From an uncultured Gemmatimonadaceae bacterium (lineage in GTDB: Bacteria > Gemmatimonadota > Gemmatimonadetes > Gemmatimonadales > Gemmatimonadaceae), in contig CAVXGK010000002.1 in the NCBI GenBank assembly GCA_963761305.1, positions 2,688,001-2,752,000 on the forward strand: a DNA stretch of 64,000 nucleotides. The letters are read 5' to 3'. Position numbers and translations under genes: made by a program. The notes below the pieces were generated by a model. That model was not told the origin of the DNA. It saw nothing but the letters and a program-made list of their open reading frames with translations, and searched no databases. Position 1 is the stretch's first letter; the number at the start of each line of letters is the position of its first letter. Positions 18,411-28,603 of the stretch are shown in pieces.

Positions 18411-20300
18411 ATGCGCCAACTCGCTTTCCTGACGTCCGCGCTCGTCTCCGCCGCGTGCAGCGCCCAGGCCCCGCGCCCGCAGGCGACGCCCGTCGCGCCG
18501 GCGTCGCAAACGCCGCTTCAGCCGTCGGCTTCTGCCGCCGCCCCGGTGATGCCCGGCGAGCTGCTGCCCGACGAACAAGTTCAGCAAGTTCTCAATCGCC
18601 TCACGTTCGGCGCCCGCCCCGGCGACGCCGAGAAGGTCCGCGCGATGGGCATCGACAAGTGGATCGATCTCCAGCTGAATCCGGATCGCATTTCGGATCC
18701 CGCGGGCGACGACATCATCAAGAACTACTCCGTCTTCTCGACGCCCACCGGCGACATCGTGGGGCAGTTCGAGGAGTTGCAGCGTTTGCAGCGGCAGGCC
18801 AAGCGCAACGCGAGCGACACGACGATGTCGAAGCCGGAAGAGCGGCAGGAAGTCCTTGCTCGGAATCCGCAGCTCGCGCAGGCCGCGCAGCGCAATCAGC
18901 AGATGGTCGGCCAGGTCCAATCGGCGCAGCTCGCCCGCGCGGTGACGAGCGAGCGGCAGCTCAACGAAGTGATGGTCGACTTCTGGGAAAACCATTTCAG
19001 CGTGTTCGCTGGCAAGGGGCAGACGCGTTTGTATCTCGCGCAGTACGATCGCGACGTGATCCGTCCGCACGCGATGGGAAAATTCCGCGATCTGCTCGGC
19101 GCGGTGGCGCACAGCCCGGCGATGCTCTTCTTCCTCGACAACTGGGAAAGCGCCGCCGACAGCGTTCATCCCACGCTCGCGCAGGCGCGCCGGCCGGCGT
19201 TTCGCCGCGGGGCGTTCGGCACGCTCATCCCGATTCGGCCCGGACCGCAACAGCAGCAGCGCGCCAAGCGCGGCTTGAACGAGAACTACGCGCGTGAGCT
19301 CATGGAGCTGCACACGCTCGGCGTCGACGGCGGCTACTCACAGAAGGACGTACAGGAAGTCGCGCGGGCGCTCACGGGATGGACGTTCAACCGCCAGAAT
19401 GGCGAGTTCGTCTTCAACCCGAACATTCACGACGCCGGCGAGAAGCTGATTCTCGGCCAGCGCTTCCCCGCCGGCCACGGCGAGGACGAAGGCGAGCGCG
19501 TGCTGGACATGGTGGCGCGCCATCCTTCCACGGCCCATTTCATCGTCACCAAGCTCGCGCGTCACTTCGTGAGCGACGATCCGCCGAAACCCCTCGTCGA
19601 CCGCTGCGCGAGTACGTTCACCAAGACTGACGGCGACATCCGCGAGACGCTGCGCTGCGTCGTCACGAGCCCCGAGTTCTTCAGCCGCGCGGCCTATCGC
19701 GCCAAGGTGAAGACGCCGTTCGAGGTCGTGGCCAGCGCGCTGCGCGCGGTCAATGCGAGTCCGGATGCATCGCCTCGCTCGGCGCAGATCGTCGCGCGGC
19801 TCGGCCAGCCGATCTTCGGCCGGCAGACGCCGGACGGTTGGCCCGATCGCGGCGACGCGTGGATGAACACCGGGGCGATCCTCAACCGTATCAACTTCGG
19901 TCTGAGTCTCGCGGCGGGTCAGGTTCCGGGTGCGCAGCTCGCGAACTGGACTGACTTCTCGACGCTTCGTAGCGAGCCGCGCACGCAGCAGGTGGATGCG
20001 GTCGTGAAGTCGATGTTGGGCGGACAGGTGTCGCCCGAGACGCGTCAGGTGCTGATGAGCGGTGAGAATCCGATGCTCGCGGCCAACGACGCGAACGGCA
20101 TGGTCGACAGCTCGTCCATGGATCCAGGCGGCGGACGCCGTGGCGGCCGCGGCGCTCAGCAGCAGCAGAAACCGGACGGCAAGGGATTCCCGCGCGGACC
20201 GGCGGCGCAGATCCCGGGCTTTGGACGGCCGGTGAACCTTCAGGGACTTCCGCAGGTAGTGGGTCTGGCGCTGGGCGCTCCCGAATTTCAACGACGGTGA
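18411..20300 (+). CDS. DUF1800 family lipoprotein
   Basis: Lipobox SAAC; LNRLTFG, QLNEVMVDFWENHF, PAMLFFLDN, NENYARELMELHTLG, LGAPEFQRR. Confidence 0.92.
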   Translation: MRQLAFLTSALVSAACSAQAPRPQATPVAPASQTPLQPSASAAAPVMPGELLPDEQVQQVLNRLTFGARPGDAEKVRAMGIDKWIDLQLNPDRISDPAGDDIIKNYSVFSTPTGDIVGQFEELQRLQRQAKRNASDTTMSKPEERQEVLARNPQLAQAAQRNQQMVGQVQSAQLARAVTSERQLNEVMVDFWENHFSVFAGKGQTRLYLAQYDRDVIRPHAMGKFRDLLGAVAHSPAMLFFLDNWESAADSVHPTLAQARRPAFRRGAFGTLIPIRPGPQQQQRAKRGLNENYARELMELHTLGVDGGYSQKDVQEVARALTGWTFNRQNGEFVFNPNIHDAGEKLILGQRFPAGHGEDEGERVLDMVARHPSTAHFIVTKLARHFVSDDPPKPLVDRCASTFTKTDGDIRETLRCVVTSPEFFSRAAYRAKVKTPFEVVASALRAVNASPDASPRSAQIVARLGQPIFGRQTPDGWPDRGDAWMNTGAILNRINFGLSLAAGQVPGAQLANWTDFSTLRSEPRTQQVDAVVKSMLGGQVSPETRQVLMSGENPMLAANDANGMVDSSSMDPGGGRRGGRGAQQQQKPDGKGFPRGPAAQIPGFGRPVNLQGLPQVVGLALGAPEFQRR

Positions 20301-20333
20301 GCCCGGCCGTAAATAGGACAAAGGGATAGCGAT

Positions 20334-21641
20334 ATGAATCGTCGAGTATTCATGAAGTCGGGCGCGATGGCGCTGGCCACGATGGGGCTCAACCCCACCT
20401 TCCTCCGCCGCACTGTGTTCGCGCAGGATCTGCTCAAAGGAGCGGCGCTCAAGGGGAACGGACGCGGCAAGGTGCTCGTCGTCCTCTTCCAGCGCGGCGC
20501 GGCCGACGCCCTGAACGTCGTCGTGCCGCACGGTGAGCGGAACTACTACGCGATGCGTCCGTCGATCGCGATTCCGCGGCCGGTCTCCGGCACGGCGAAC
20601 ACGGCGATCGATCTCGACGGATTCTTCGGGCTTCACCCGTCGCTCTCGCCGTTCAAGAAGCTGTGGGACGACGGGATCCTCGCGCCGGTTCACGCCGTCG
20701 GATCGCCGAGCAATTCGCGGTCGCACTTCGACGCGCAGGACTACATGGAAAGCGGCACGCCCGACAACAAGGGCACGCGCGACGGTTGGTTGAATCGCTA
20801 TCTCGCCGTGAAGGGCACCTGCGACGAATGCAAGTTGCACGACGCGAGCGGTGCGACGGCGACCGGCGCGAAGGCGGCGCCGTTCCAAGCCGTGTCGATG
20901 ACGCCGCAGACGCCGCGCATTCTCGAGGGCGACTCGCCGACGGTGGCGATGAACAGCATCGACGAGTTCACCATCCGAACCAACGGTACGCAAGCGGAAC
21001 GCATCGAGGCGCTCTATCGCACGGGCAACGCCGACGTCGTGCACGCCGCCGGCGGCGAGATGTTCGAGGCGATGAAGATCCTCAAGGCGGCGAACCCGCA
21101 GCAATACACCCCGGAGAATGCCGCCGACTACCCGCGGACACCGTTCGGCCAGCATCTGAAGCAGATCGCGCAGCTCATCAAGGCGGACGTGGGTCTCGAG
21201 ATCGCGTTCGCCGACGTCGGCGGCTGGGACACGCACGTGAATCAGGGCGGCGCGACTGGTCAGCTCGCGCAGCGCCTCGACGATTTCTCCAAGTCGATCG
21301 GGGCGATGGTGCAGGACCTCGGCAACCGCGTGGCCGACGTCACGATCCTCACGATGTCCGAGTTTGGCCGTACGGCGCGCCAGAACGGCAACGGTGGCAC
21401 CGACCACGGCCACGCGACGTCGATGTTCGTGATCGGCGGCGACGTGAAGGGCAAGAAGGTCCACGGCAAGTGGCCGGGCCTCGAACCCGAGCAGTTGAAC
21501 GAAGGCCGCGACCTCGCGCTGACGACCGACTTCCGGTCAGTCTTCTCGGAAGTGGCGTTCAAGCATCTCGGCGCCGCCAAGATGGACGCCGTGTTCCCGG
21601 GTTTCCACGGCGACGAGTCGAAGTGGGTCGGCGTGCTCTAG
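20334..21641 (+). CDS. DUF1501 family protein (Tat-exported)
   Basis: MNRRVFMK Tat signal; FQRGAADALN, SRSHFDAQ, GGWDTH, SEFGRT, GTDHG. Confidence 0.92.
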   Translation: MNRRVFMKSGAMALATMGLNPTFLRRTVFAQDLLKGAALKGNGRGKVLVVLFQRGAADALNVVVPHGERNYYAMRPSIAIPRPVSGTANTAIDLDGFFGLHPSLSPFKKLWDDGILAPVHAVGSPSNSRSHFDAQDYMESGTPDNKGTRDGWLNRYLAVKGTCDECKLHDASGATATGAKAAPFQAVSMTPQTPRILEGDSPTVAMNSIDEFTIRTNGTQAERIEALYRTGNADVVHAAGGEMFEAMKILKAANPQQYTPENAADYPRTPFGQHLKQIAQLIKADVGLEIAFADVGGWDTHVNQGGATGQLAQRLDDFSKSIGAMVQDLGNRVADVTILTMSEFGRTARQNGNGGTDHGHATSMFVIGGDVKGKKVHGKWPGLEPEQLNEGRDLALTTDFRSVFSEVAFKHLGAAKMDAVFPGFHGDESKWVGVL

Positions 21642-21666
21642 CCGCAGAAGCCTAGTGGTGCTCGAA

Positions 21667-21705
21667 AAATCGGACGTCTGATATCTGACATCAGACGTCC
21701 GATTT
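21667..21705. terminator. Hairpin built from heptamer repeats between convergent operons
   Basis: AAATCGGACGTCTGAT / ATCAGACGTCCGATTT 16-bp perfect stem; same GANNTC(T/A) units as 12057-12098. Confidence 0.8.
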
Positions 21706-21710
21706 CTCTT

Positions 21711-24380
21711 TCAGCTCTGCGGCTTCCACCCGGTGAATACGTTCATCCAGCTGCGCACAACGCGTGGCAAAAAGCGCTGTGGCCGCACGCGATCGATCAT
21801 CGCGTAGAACGAGATGCGATCCACGAGGAGCTCACAGAGCGCGGCCCTGAATCCGGCGTCCCACTCCTCTTGGTAGAGGTCGACGCTGCCGGCCGACGCG
21901 AGCAGCGATCGGTAGCGCTCCACCCACGACGCGATCGTTTCGCCGGACGCGTTCGGCGGCAGCACGAACACGAGGAACTCGGCGAGGTCGCGCTGCGGCG
22001 CGCCGATCGTCGCCAGCTCCCAATCGAACGCGCACAGATGGAGTCCGGTCGCGCCACGCCGAAGCGCCACGTTGCGCGGATTGAAATCGTTGTGAAGCAG
22101 CGTGCGCGGCGACGCGTCGAGCACGTTCGCCCACGAGGCGATGTCGCTCACCAATCGCGCGTGGATGCGTCGGAGCGCCGGATCGCGGAATGCCGTCGAC
22201 CGCTCGTGGGCGTGCTCGGCCAGCGCGCGCCAGAGAGGCGCCATCGCGACGTACTTCACCGAATCGCGGCGCGGCGGCAGCCACGATGTGGTCGCCAGCG
22301 ATTCGTCGCCGAGTCCGACCGCGTGAATGTCTGCCAGGCCGGTGAGCGCCGCGTCGATCGCGGCGGCGTTCCAGCGCGCCGGATCGTTGGCGTTGATCAG
22401 CACGGCGTCGTCGATCCGCTCGAGGGCAATCAGCCATCGACGTCGGGCGTCGTCGCGCTCGATGAGTATCGGACGCGGCGTGTGCGAACGAAGGCGCGGA
22501 TCGCGAAGCGCGTAGACCGCCAGCTCGCGCACCTGCGAGCGCGTGATGCCGAGGTCGTCTCTGAATTTCGTGACGGACTCGCCCAATGCAGGCGAGACGA
22601 GGCCCGCGAGCGCTACCGCCACGTCGACCGAGTGCGTGTCGGCCGCCTTGGATTTCACGAACAGGCGCGCATCGCGACTCGCACCATGCTCGTCATGGAC
22701 GGAGACCACGGCGTCGAACAAGCCGGCCTGCGTTCCCTCCCCCGCCCGCCACGCCGTCAACTCGGCGACGATGCTCTCGTCGCTGGCGATCGGCGTCAAG
22801 TCCACTCGGTCGAGGTACAGCGGACCGGCACCGAGCCAATCACTCAGCCCGGCGGCCAGCGCATCGCTCGGCTCGAGGAGCGGACGTCGTTCCTTTCGAG
22901 CGGGACAAGCCACCGCGGCGCCAATATCCGGCACGATGCCCTGACGAACGAAATCGTCGAAGTACCGTGATAGAAGGTGCGAGTCTACGTCGCCGACGCG
23001 CACGCCGAGCGCGTCGAGCGCACGCAGTGACACGGCGCCGTTCACGCTCGACCGCCGCGACTCTTCGAGCAGCTCGGGCAGCGTGAGCGCGTTCTCCGCC
23101 GCAATGCGTCGGAGAAAGAACGATCGCAGCGGGAACAACGGATTGTTCGCGTCGGCCGTCGCTTTCAGCCGCTCCGCCCACTCGGCGTACGGCAGTAATG
23201 CGACGTCGTAGCCGCGCAGGCGCATCCAGAGCGCGCACTCGCGCCAGTGCCGCGGCCGCGCGGCGATCACGTGATGAACGCTCGAGCCCACGTCGTGCGC
23301 GAGTGCAAGCCGCACGATCGCCCGCGCCGCGTCGTCCACCGGCACGCAGTCCATTCGCCAATCGAGATCGGGAGCGGCGCGCATGCCAATGCATCCGGCG
23401 ATGAACCGCGACGTGAGGTCGTCCACGTTCGACCGTCCGCGCGCGTCGCCACTGATGAGCGACGGCCGCACGATCGTCACCGGAAGCCCGCGCGCGCCAG
23501 CTTCGCGCACCAGCGCTTCGGCCACGCATTTACTCTGGGCGTAACCGAGCCACAGTCCGTGTACGCTGTCGAAGACGTCGGTGCGCTCGTCGACGCTCCG
23601 CCGGTTCGACGTGGAGTGGCAGACGCTGGTGCTCGACACGAAGTGCAGCGGCTTGGGCGTGCCCACGCACGCGAGCCGCAGCAACTCGCGCGTGCCGAGC
23701 ACGTTCGCGTCGCGCAGGCGTTCGTACGAGTGCACCCAATTGACGTCGGCCGCCGCATGGTAGATGGCTTCGATCTCGGCGGCCAACGCCGAAAACGCGC
23801 CCGCGTCGCGACCCAAGCGCGGCCGGGAAAGATCGCCGTCCACGACGCGAATGCGGTCCACGTCCGCGTCGTGCCAGAGCCCGTACGCGGTCAGGTTGCG
23901 ACGCACGCGCGCGAATCCATCGCCGCGCCCCGCTCGAACCAGACAATGCACCGTTGCCGTCGTTTCGTCGAGCAACGTGCGCAAGAGATACGCGCCGAGG
24001 AAACCCGTCGCCCCGGTGAGCAGCACGCGGCGTGCGGCGCGAGTGGGGGGCGCGATGCCGCGAGGCGCGATCTCGGGCGGCAGCGCGGCATCGACGCGCA
24101 TCTGTCTGATTTGTCGCTCGCGAGCACCGTCGGTGTTTCCGTCCTCGATGAAGCGGCACAGCGAATCGATATCCGGATGTTCGTGCACGGCGGTGAGCGG
24201 CAGCTCGATTCCCAGGTCGTCCTCGATCGCCGCGGTGAGCTCGACCGCGGCCAACGAATCCATTCCGAGCGAGGCGAACGTGTCGAACGGTCCGACGCGG
24301 GCGACACTCACGCGGAGTGTCGCGCCGACGACCGCCGCCAGGCGATCGCGAAGCCCCTCGCGAGTCGCGACGCTCGTCAC
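21711..24380 (-). CDS. Acyl carrier protein - thioester reductase (NAD_binding_4) - APH/choline-kinase-like phosphotransferase fusion
   Basis: ACP motif LGMDSLAAVEL; reductase LLTGATGFLG and GYAQSK; kinase motifs LLHNDFNPRNV and FDWE. Confidence 0.88.
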   Translation of the reverse strand: MTSVATREGLRDRLAAVVGATLRVSVARVGPFDTFASLGMDSLAAVELTAAIEDDLGIELPLTAVHEHPDIDSLCRFIEDGNTDGARERQIRQMRVDAALPPEIAPRGIAPPTRAARRVLLTGATGFLGAYLLRTLLDETTATVHCLVRAGRGDGFARVRRNLTAYGLWHDADVDRIRVVDGDLSRPRLGRDAGAFSALAAEIEAIYHAAADVNWVHSYERLRDANVLGTRELLRLACVGTPKPLHFVSSTSVCHSTSNRRSVDERTDVFDSVHGLWLGYAQSKCVAEALVREAGARGLPVTIVRPSLISGDARGRSNVDDLTSRFIAGCIGMRAAPDLDWRMDCVPVDDAARAIVRLALAHDVGSSVHHVIAARPRHWRECALWMRLRGYDVALLPYAEWAERLKATADANNPLFPLRSFFLRRIAAENALTLPELLEESRRSSVNGAVSLRALDALGVRVGDVDSHLLSRYFDDFVRQGIVPDIGAAVACPARKERRPLLEPSDALAAGLSDWLGAGPLYLDRVDLTPIASDESIVAELTAWRAGEGTQAGLFDAVVSVHDEHGASRDARLFVKSKAADTHSVDVAVALAGLVSPALGESVTKFRDDLGITRSQVRELAVYALRDPRLRSHTPRPILIERDDARRRWLIALERIDDAVLINANDPARWNAAAIDAALTGLADIHAVGLGDESLATTSWLPPRRDSVKYVAMAPLWRALAEHAHERSTAFRDPALRRIHARLVSDIASWANVLDASPRTLLHNDFNPRNVALRRGATGLHLCAFDWELATIGAPQRDLAEFLVFVLPPNASGETIASWVERYRSLLASAGSVDLYQEEWDAGFRAALCELLVDRISFYAMIDRVRPQRFLPRVVRSWMNVFTGWKPQS

Positions 24381-26170
24381 GTGCCGGTGCCGAGTGCGAC
24401 GGCGAATTCGGGATCCGCCACCCAGCGCGCCACTTCGTCGAGCGAGCGGTCACCGAATGCGTCGCGACACGCACGGCGGCGCAGCTTCCCGCTCGACGTC
24501 TTCGGCATCGTGCCGTGACGGAGCACGCTCACGGCCGAGAGCACGATGCCGTGGTGATCGACGACCGCCTCGCGCACACGTTGGATCAGTTCAGCCAGGA
24601 ACGCGTCGCAGATGGCGGTATCGTCGAGCTCCGGTGCGTGCCGGCGGTCGACTTCCACGGCAAGGGCCACTGCTTCGCCGCCTTCGCCGTCGATCGAAAA
24701 CGCAGCCGAGCATCCGGGCCTGATCGCCGCGTGCTGTCGCTCGGCGGTGCGCTCGACGTCCTGCGGGTAGTGCTTGAAGCCGCGCACGATGAGCACGTCT
24801 TTCAAGCGCCCCGCGATGAACAGCTCTCCGTCGTGCAGCGCGCCCAAGTCGCCCGTACGCAGGAACGGACCTTCACCGCCGGCGAGGCGCGCCTGGAACG
24901 TCTCTCGCGTCTCGTCGTCACGACGCCAGTAGCCGCGCGCCACGCTCGGCGACTCGACCCAGATCTCTCCGATGCGCCCGTCGGCGCATCGGAGACGCGT
25001 GTGCGGATCGACGATCAGCGCTCGTGTCCCGAACGACACCGGACCGCTCGACACGAGCGGACGCGTGCCCGAGTTCGACGCGCGCGCGATGCGGAGCCGG
25101 CCGCGCGTCAGGGCATCGGTGGAGACGTCGTGAATCACTGGCTCGTAGTGGCGCCCGCCGGTGGAGACGAGCAGCGTGGACTCGGCGAGGCCGTACACGG
25201 GATAGAACGAGCGCCATTCGAAGCCAACGCCTTGGAATCGCGCGTGAAACGCTTCGAGCGTCTCGGCGCGGATCGGTTCGGCGCCGTTGTACGCGGTGCG
25301 CCACGAGCTGAGATCCAGCGCGTCGCGTTGCGCGTCGGTGACTTTGCGAACGCAGAGATCGTAGGCGAAGTTCGGCCCGCCGCTCGTCGAAGCGCGATAA
25401 CGCGTGATCGCGCGCAGCCACCGAATCGGCCGGTGGAGGAACGACGCCGGCGCCATGAGAAATGCCGGATAGCCGCCGAAGATCGGACCGAGCACGCCCT
25501 CGATGAGTCCCATGTCATGAATCACCGGGAGCCACGACACGGATCGCGTCGAGCGGTCGCGGTCCGCGGCGCTGCTGGCGTAGGCGAGGTTGTGGAGCAG
25601 GTTCGCGTGCGACACCATGACGCCGCGCGGCGACGCCGTCGAGCCGGACGTGTACTGAAGAAACGCGAGATCGTGCGTGTCGATCGGCACGTCGTGCCAC
25701 TCGCCCGTGTCATGCTCGAACAGCGTGTCGGTGGCGAGCCACGGAATCGAGGCGAGCGCCGGCGCGTCGATCGACATGCGCGTCGCGGCGTCGGCGACGC
25801 TCGCGTTGGCGAGAACGATCGCGACGTCGGCGTCGGCGACGATGCTCAGCAAGCGCGGCAGCGTGCGCGACGCCTGTGACGGTTGCGGCGGATACGCCGG
25901 CACGGCGATCACGCCCGCGTACAGGCAGCCGAAGAACGCGGGGATGAAGTCGAGCCCGGGCGGATACAGCAGCAGGGCTCGATCGCCCGGGCTGACGCCG
26001 CGCTCGCGCAGCGCGCGGGCCACGCTTCGTGCGCGCTCGTCCAACTCGGCGTACGTGAGACGCGGACCTTCGCGCTCGCCGTCGATGAGGAACGTGAAAG
26101 CGGTGTCGCCTCCCTGCTCCGCCGCGCGGGATGCGAGCAGATCGACGAGCGTCGAATGCGGCGCGCTCAT
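24377..26170 (-). CDS. Fatty acyl-AMP ligase (FAAL)
   Basis: AFLQYTSGST, SWLPVIHDMGLI, NGAEPI, YGLAESTL, LRTGDLG, GRLKD, PKTSSGKLRR. Confidence 0.93.
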   Translation of the reverse strand: MSAPHSTLVDLLASRAAEQGGDTAFTFLIDGEREGPRLTYAELDERARSVARALRERGVSPGDRALLLYPPGLDFIPAFFGCLYAGVIAVPAYPPQPSQASRTLPRLLSIVADADVAIVLANASVADAATRMSIDAPALASIPWLATDTLFEHDTGEWHDVPIDTHDLAFLQYTSGSTASPRGVMVSHANLLHNLAYASSAADRDRSTRSVSWLPVIHDMGLIEGVLGPIFGGYPAFLMAPASFLHRPIRWLRAITRYRASTSGGPNFAYDLCVRKVTDAQRDALDLSSWRTAYNGAEPIRAETLEAFHARFQGVGFEWRSFYPVYGLAESTLLVSTGGRHYEPVIHDVSTDALTRGRLRIARASNSGTRPLVSSGPVSFGTRALIVDPHTRLRCADGRIGEIWVESPSVARGYWRRDDETRETFQARLAGGEGPFLRTGDLGALHDGELFIAGRLKDVLIVRGFKHYPQDVERTAERQHAAIRPGCSAAFSIDGEGGEAVALAVEVDRRHAPELDDTAICDAFLAELIQRVREAVVDHHGIVLSAVSVLRHGTMPKTSSGKLRRRACRDAFGDRSLDEVARWVADPEFAVALGTGT

Positions 26171-26961
26171 ACGAGCACCTCGACGGGAGCGGACGAAGGG
26201 AGCACGTCGATGGTGAGCGAGTCCGGCAGTCGGCCGGTGGATCGCATCGACTCGTGGACGCGAACGAACAGGTCGTGCACGGCGTCGCGGTTGCGTTCCA
26301 GGTCGGCGACGACCCAGTAGCTCGTATCGATCGGCGGGAGAAAGTAGACGTCGATCATACCAGGTTTGGCGTCGTATCCCATACCGGGGTTCATCTCGTT
26401 CGGGATCGCGAAGTAGATGGGCACGATCCGCGCGTGGAGACTCGTGGCGAGATGGAACGAGCCTTTGTTGAAGTGCCCGATCTCGCCGGTGGTGATGCGC
26501 ATGCCCTCGGGACTCAGATACACCGAGTCACCCGTCTCGCGAAGAATGCGGTCGGCGCGCTTGAAGATCTCGACACGCTTCGTCGGATATTCCTGCGGCA
26601 CGGTCCAGAAGATCCGGATGAGCGTGCCGATGATTCCCGTCGGCGGCATCCACTTGAGGAAGCCGCTGAGGAAGAACCGCGTGCGCGGCAGTCCCAGCGC
26701 GATCAGGACGAAGAGATCGAGCGTCGACGTGTGGTTCGAGACGTAGATCGTCTGGATGTTCGCGGGCTGCGGGGCGCCGTGCACGCGATAGCGCACGCCC
26801 CAGATGCGAAGCGCGGCTTCGCCCAACCAGCGCGCCATGACCTCGGAGTAGAATCGGCGCGCCAGAGAACACGTCGGGATCGCGACGATCAGCATGGCGA
26901 TCGCGCCGAACGTGAGGAAGATGAACGTCGCCGCGAGACGAACACGCATGCCGGAGCTCAT
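26167..26961 (-). CDS. Lysophospholipid acyltransferase (PlsC family)
   Basis: NHTSTLD (HxxxxD) and SPEGMR motifs; start at MSSGM gives an ATGA overlap with the upstream gene. Confidence 0.9.
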   Translation of the reverse strand: MSSGMRVRLAATFIFLTFGAIAMLIVAIPTCSLARRFYSEVMARWLGEAALRIWGVRYRVHGAPQPANIQTIYVSNHTSTLDLFVLIALGLPRTRFFLSGFLKWMPPTGIIGTLIRIFWTVPQEYPTKRVEIFKRADRILRETGDSVYLSPEGMRITTGEIGHFNKGSFHLATSLHARIVPIYFAIPNEMNPGMGYDAKPGMIDVYFLPPIDTSYWVVADLERNRDAVHDLFVRVHESMRSTGRLPDSLTIDVLPSSAPVEVLV

Positions 26962-27944
26962 ACGCGTCTCCGGCAGATCACGGTCTGCATCGCGAAGTTG
27001 AGCTGCTTCTCGAACGCCAGCACGGGCGAGAACAGGATCTGGCCCAGGAAGTACGGGTAGATCGCGCGCGAGAGGTTGAGCCCTTTGCCGCGGAGCAGCT
27101 TGAAAGCCGCGCCGGCAAAGATGTAGAAAAAGGCCGGGAACGCGCCGTACGGCAGATAATCCACCACCTCGAGGCCCGCCTTGTCCATCGCCAACAGGAA
27201 TGTCGTGCGGTCGTAGAGTACCGTGTGCTGCGGCGCCTGTAGTCCGGGCCACCGATCGCCGTAAAGGCGGAACGTGGTGCTATCGAGCCTCGGCACCTCA
27301 ATGATCAGGCGGCCGTCGGGCTTCAACAGACGGCGCGCCGTGGCCAGCGTGCGCATCGGATCGTAATCGTGCTCGAGGAAGTGCCACATCGTCACGAGGT
27401 CGAAGGGCTTCTCGCCGAACTCCTGCTCGTAGAAGAGTCCACAACGAAAATCGACGCCGTCGAGCGACGGGCTCGCGCTCAGATCCTTGAAGTCCACCCC
27501 GGTCGCGCGCGCGCCGTAGCGCGAGCGCATCTTCTGGAGGAACGTGCCGACCGCGCAGCCGACGTCGAGGACGTCGCTGTGCGAGTCGAGCGCGACGTAC
27601 CGGCTGACGATCTTGTCCTTCTGCCGGTCGTGCCGGTCCATCGCCCAATTGAAGAAACCGGTGAGCACGCCCCAATCCTTCTTCTTGCGGTGCGCGATGT
27701 ACTCGTCGTCGTAGTATGACTTGATGTGCTCGACGGTGAGCCGCGGGTTCTGGTAGCGCAGGCCGCAGCGCGCGCACGTGACGAAGGTGAATCGTCCCGG
27801 TTTGCCGCTGAGATCGTCTTGGGCGGTGATGAAGGGTGAGGACTCGGAGCCGCCGCACAGATAACAGCACACGGTCTCGAACTGGCTGGCGACGGGCGCC
27901 TCGAGCGCGCGCGACGTGTCGGGCGGAATGGCAATCGCGGTCAT
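26958..27944 (-). CDS. Class I SAM-dependent methyltransferase with N-terminal CxxC...CxxC
   Basis: CYLC and CARC; VLDVGCAVG, FDLVTMWHFLEH, LKPDGRLIIEVP; start MTAIA with ATGA overlap. Confidence 0.9.
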   Translation of the reverse strand: MTAIAIPPDTSRALEAPVASQFETVCCYLCGGSESSPFITAQDDLSGKPGRFTFVTCARCGLRYQNPRLTVEHIKSYYDDEYIAHRKKKDWGVLTGFFNWAMDRHDRQKDKIVSRYVALDSHSDVLDVGCAVGTFLQKMRSRYGARATGVDFKDLSASPSLDGVDFRCGLFYEQEFGEKPFDLVTMWHFLEHDYDPMRTLATARRLLKPDGRLIIEVPRLDSTTFRLYGDRWPGLQAPQHTVLYDRTTFLLAMDKAGLEVVDYLPYGAFPAFFYIFAGAAFKLLRGKGLNLSRAIYPYFLGQILFSPVLAFEKQLNFAMQTVICRRRV

Positions 27945-28603
27945 GGGAGCTTCCCTCCGAGAAGGGTTGCGGTAGCGATGAGCATGGACACGAGCGCGCA
28001 TTCCGAGATCGCGATCCGGCGCGCGACCAGAGACGCACGGAGCGAAGGATCGTCGACGACCTCGTAGACGCAGAGAACGAGGTACAGCGCCGCGAGCGCG
28101 GCGAGCGGCGGCGCCGCCGGCGATACGGCGAAGGCCAGCGCCGGGTACTTGAGCAGCACGATGTGGCCATTGATCACGCCGCGTGTGACGACGGGTCGAA
28201 GCCGGTACCACGCGCCGAGAACGGCGACGGCCCCACCGACCACCCCGAGCCGTGCCGCGGCGCGCGGTCCAAGCGCGATGAGCGCCAACCCTGCCACGGC
28301 GAGGGCGATCGCCACCGCAATCAGCGGCGCGATCGACTCCGCGACGACCGTAACCCGGTTCGGATGCTCGCGCGCATCTCTCGAGCGATCCTCGATGTCG
28401 TCCCAGACGCGGAACGCGAGCATCAAAACGAGTCCCGTCACGGTCGCGCGCGCGAACTCGCTCACCGAGCGGCCGCCGTTCCACCCGTTCACCTGTCCAC
28501 CCGTCCACCCGTCCACCGCCGCCACAACCAGCGCCAGCGGCACGAACACGCGCAGCCGCGCGCGCTCGGCGAGGTATCGTACGATCAGCTCACGCGACGA
28601 CAT
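27941..28603 (-). CDS. UbiA prenyltransferase-like membrane protein (short)
   Basis: Multiple TM segments; Asp-rich motif RVWDDIEDRSRDAREHPNR matching the first UbiA motif; second acidic motif YEVVDD. Confidence 0.65.
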   Translation of the reverse strand: MSSRELIVRYLAERARLRVFVPLALVVAAVDGWTGGQVNGWNGGRSVSEFARATVTGLVLMLAFRVWDDIEDRSRDAREHPNRVTVVAESIAPLIAVAIALAVAGLALIALGPRAAARLGVVGGAVAVLGAWYRLRPVVTRGVINGHIVLLKYPALAFAVSPAAPPLAALAALYLVLCVYEVVDDPSLRASLVARRIAISECALVSMLIATATLLGGKLP

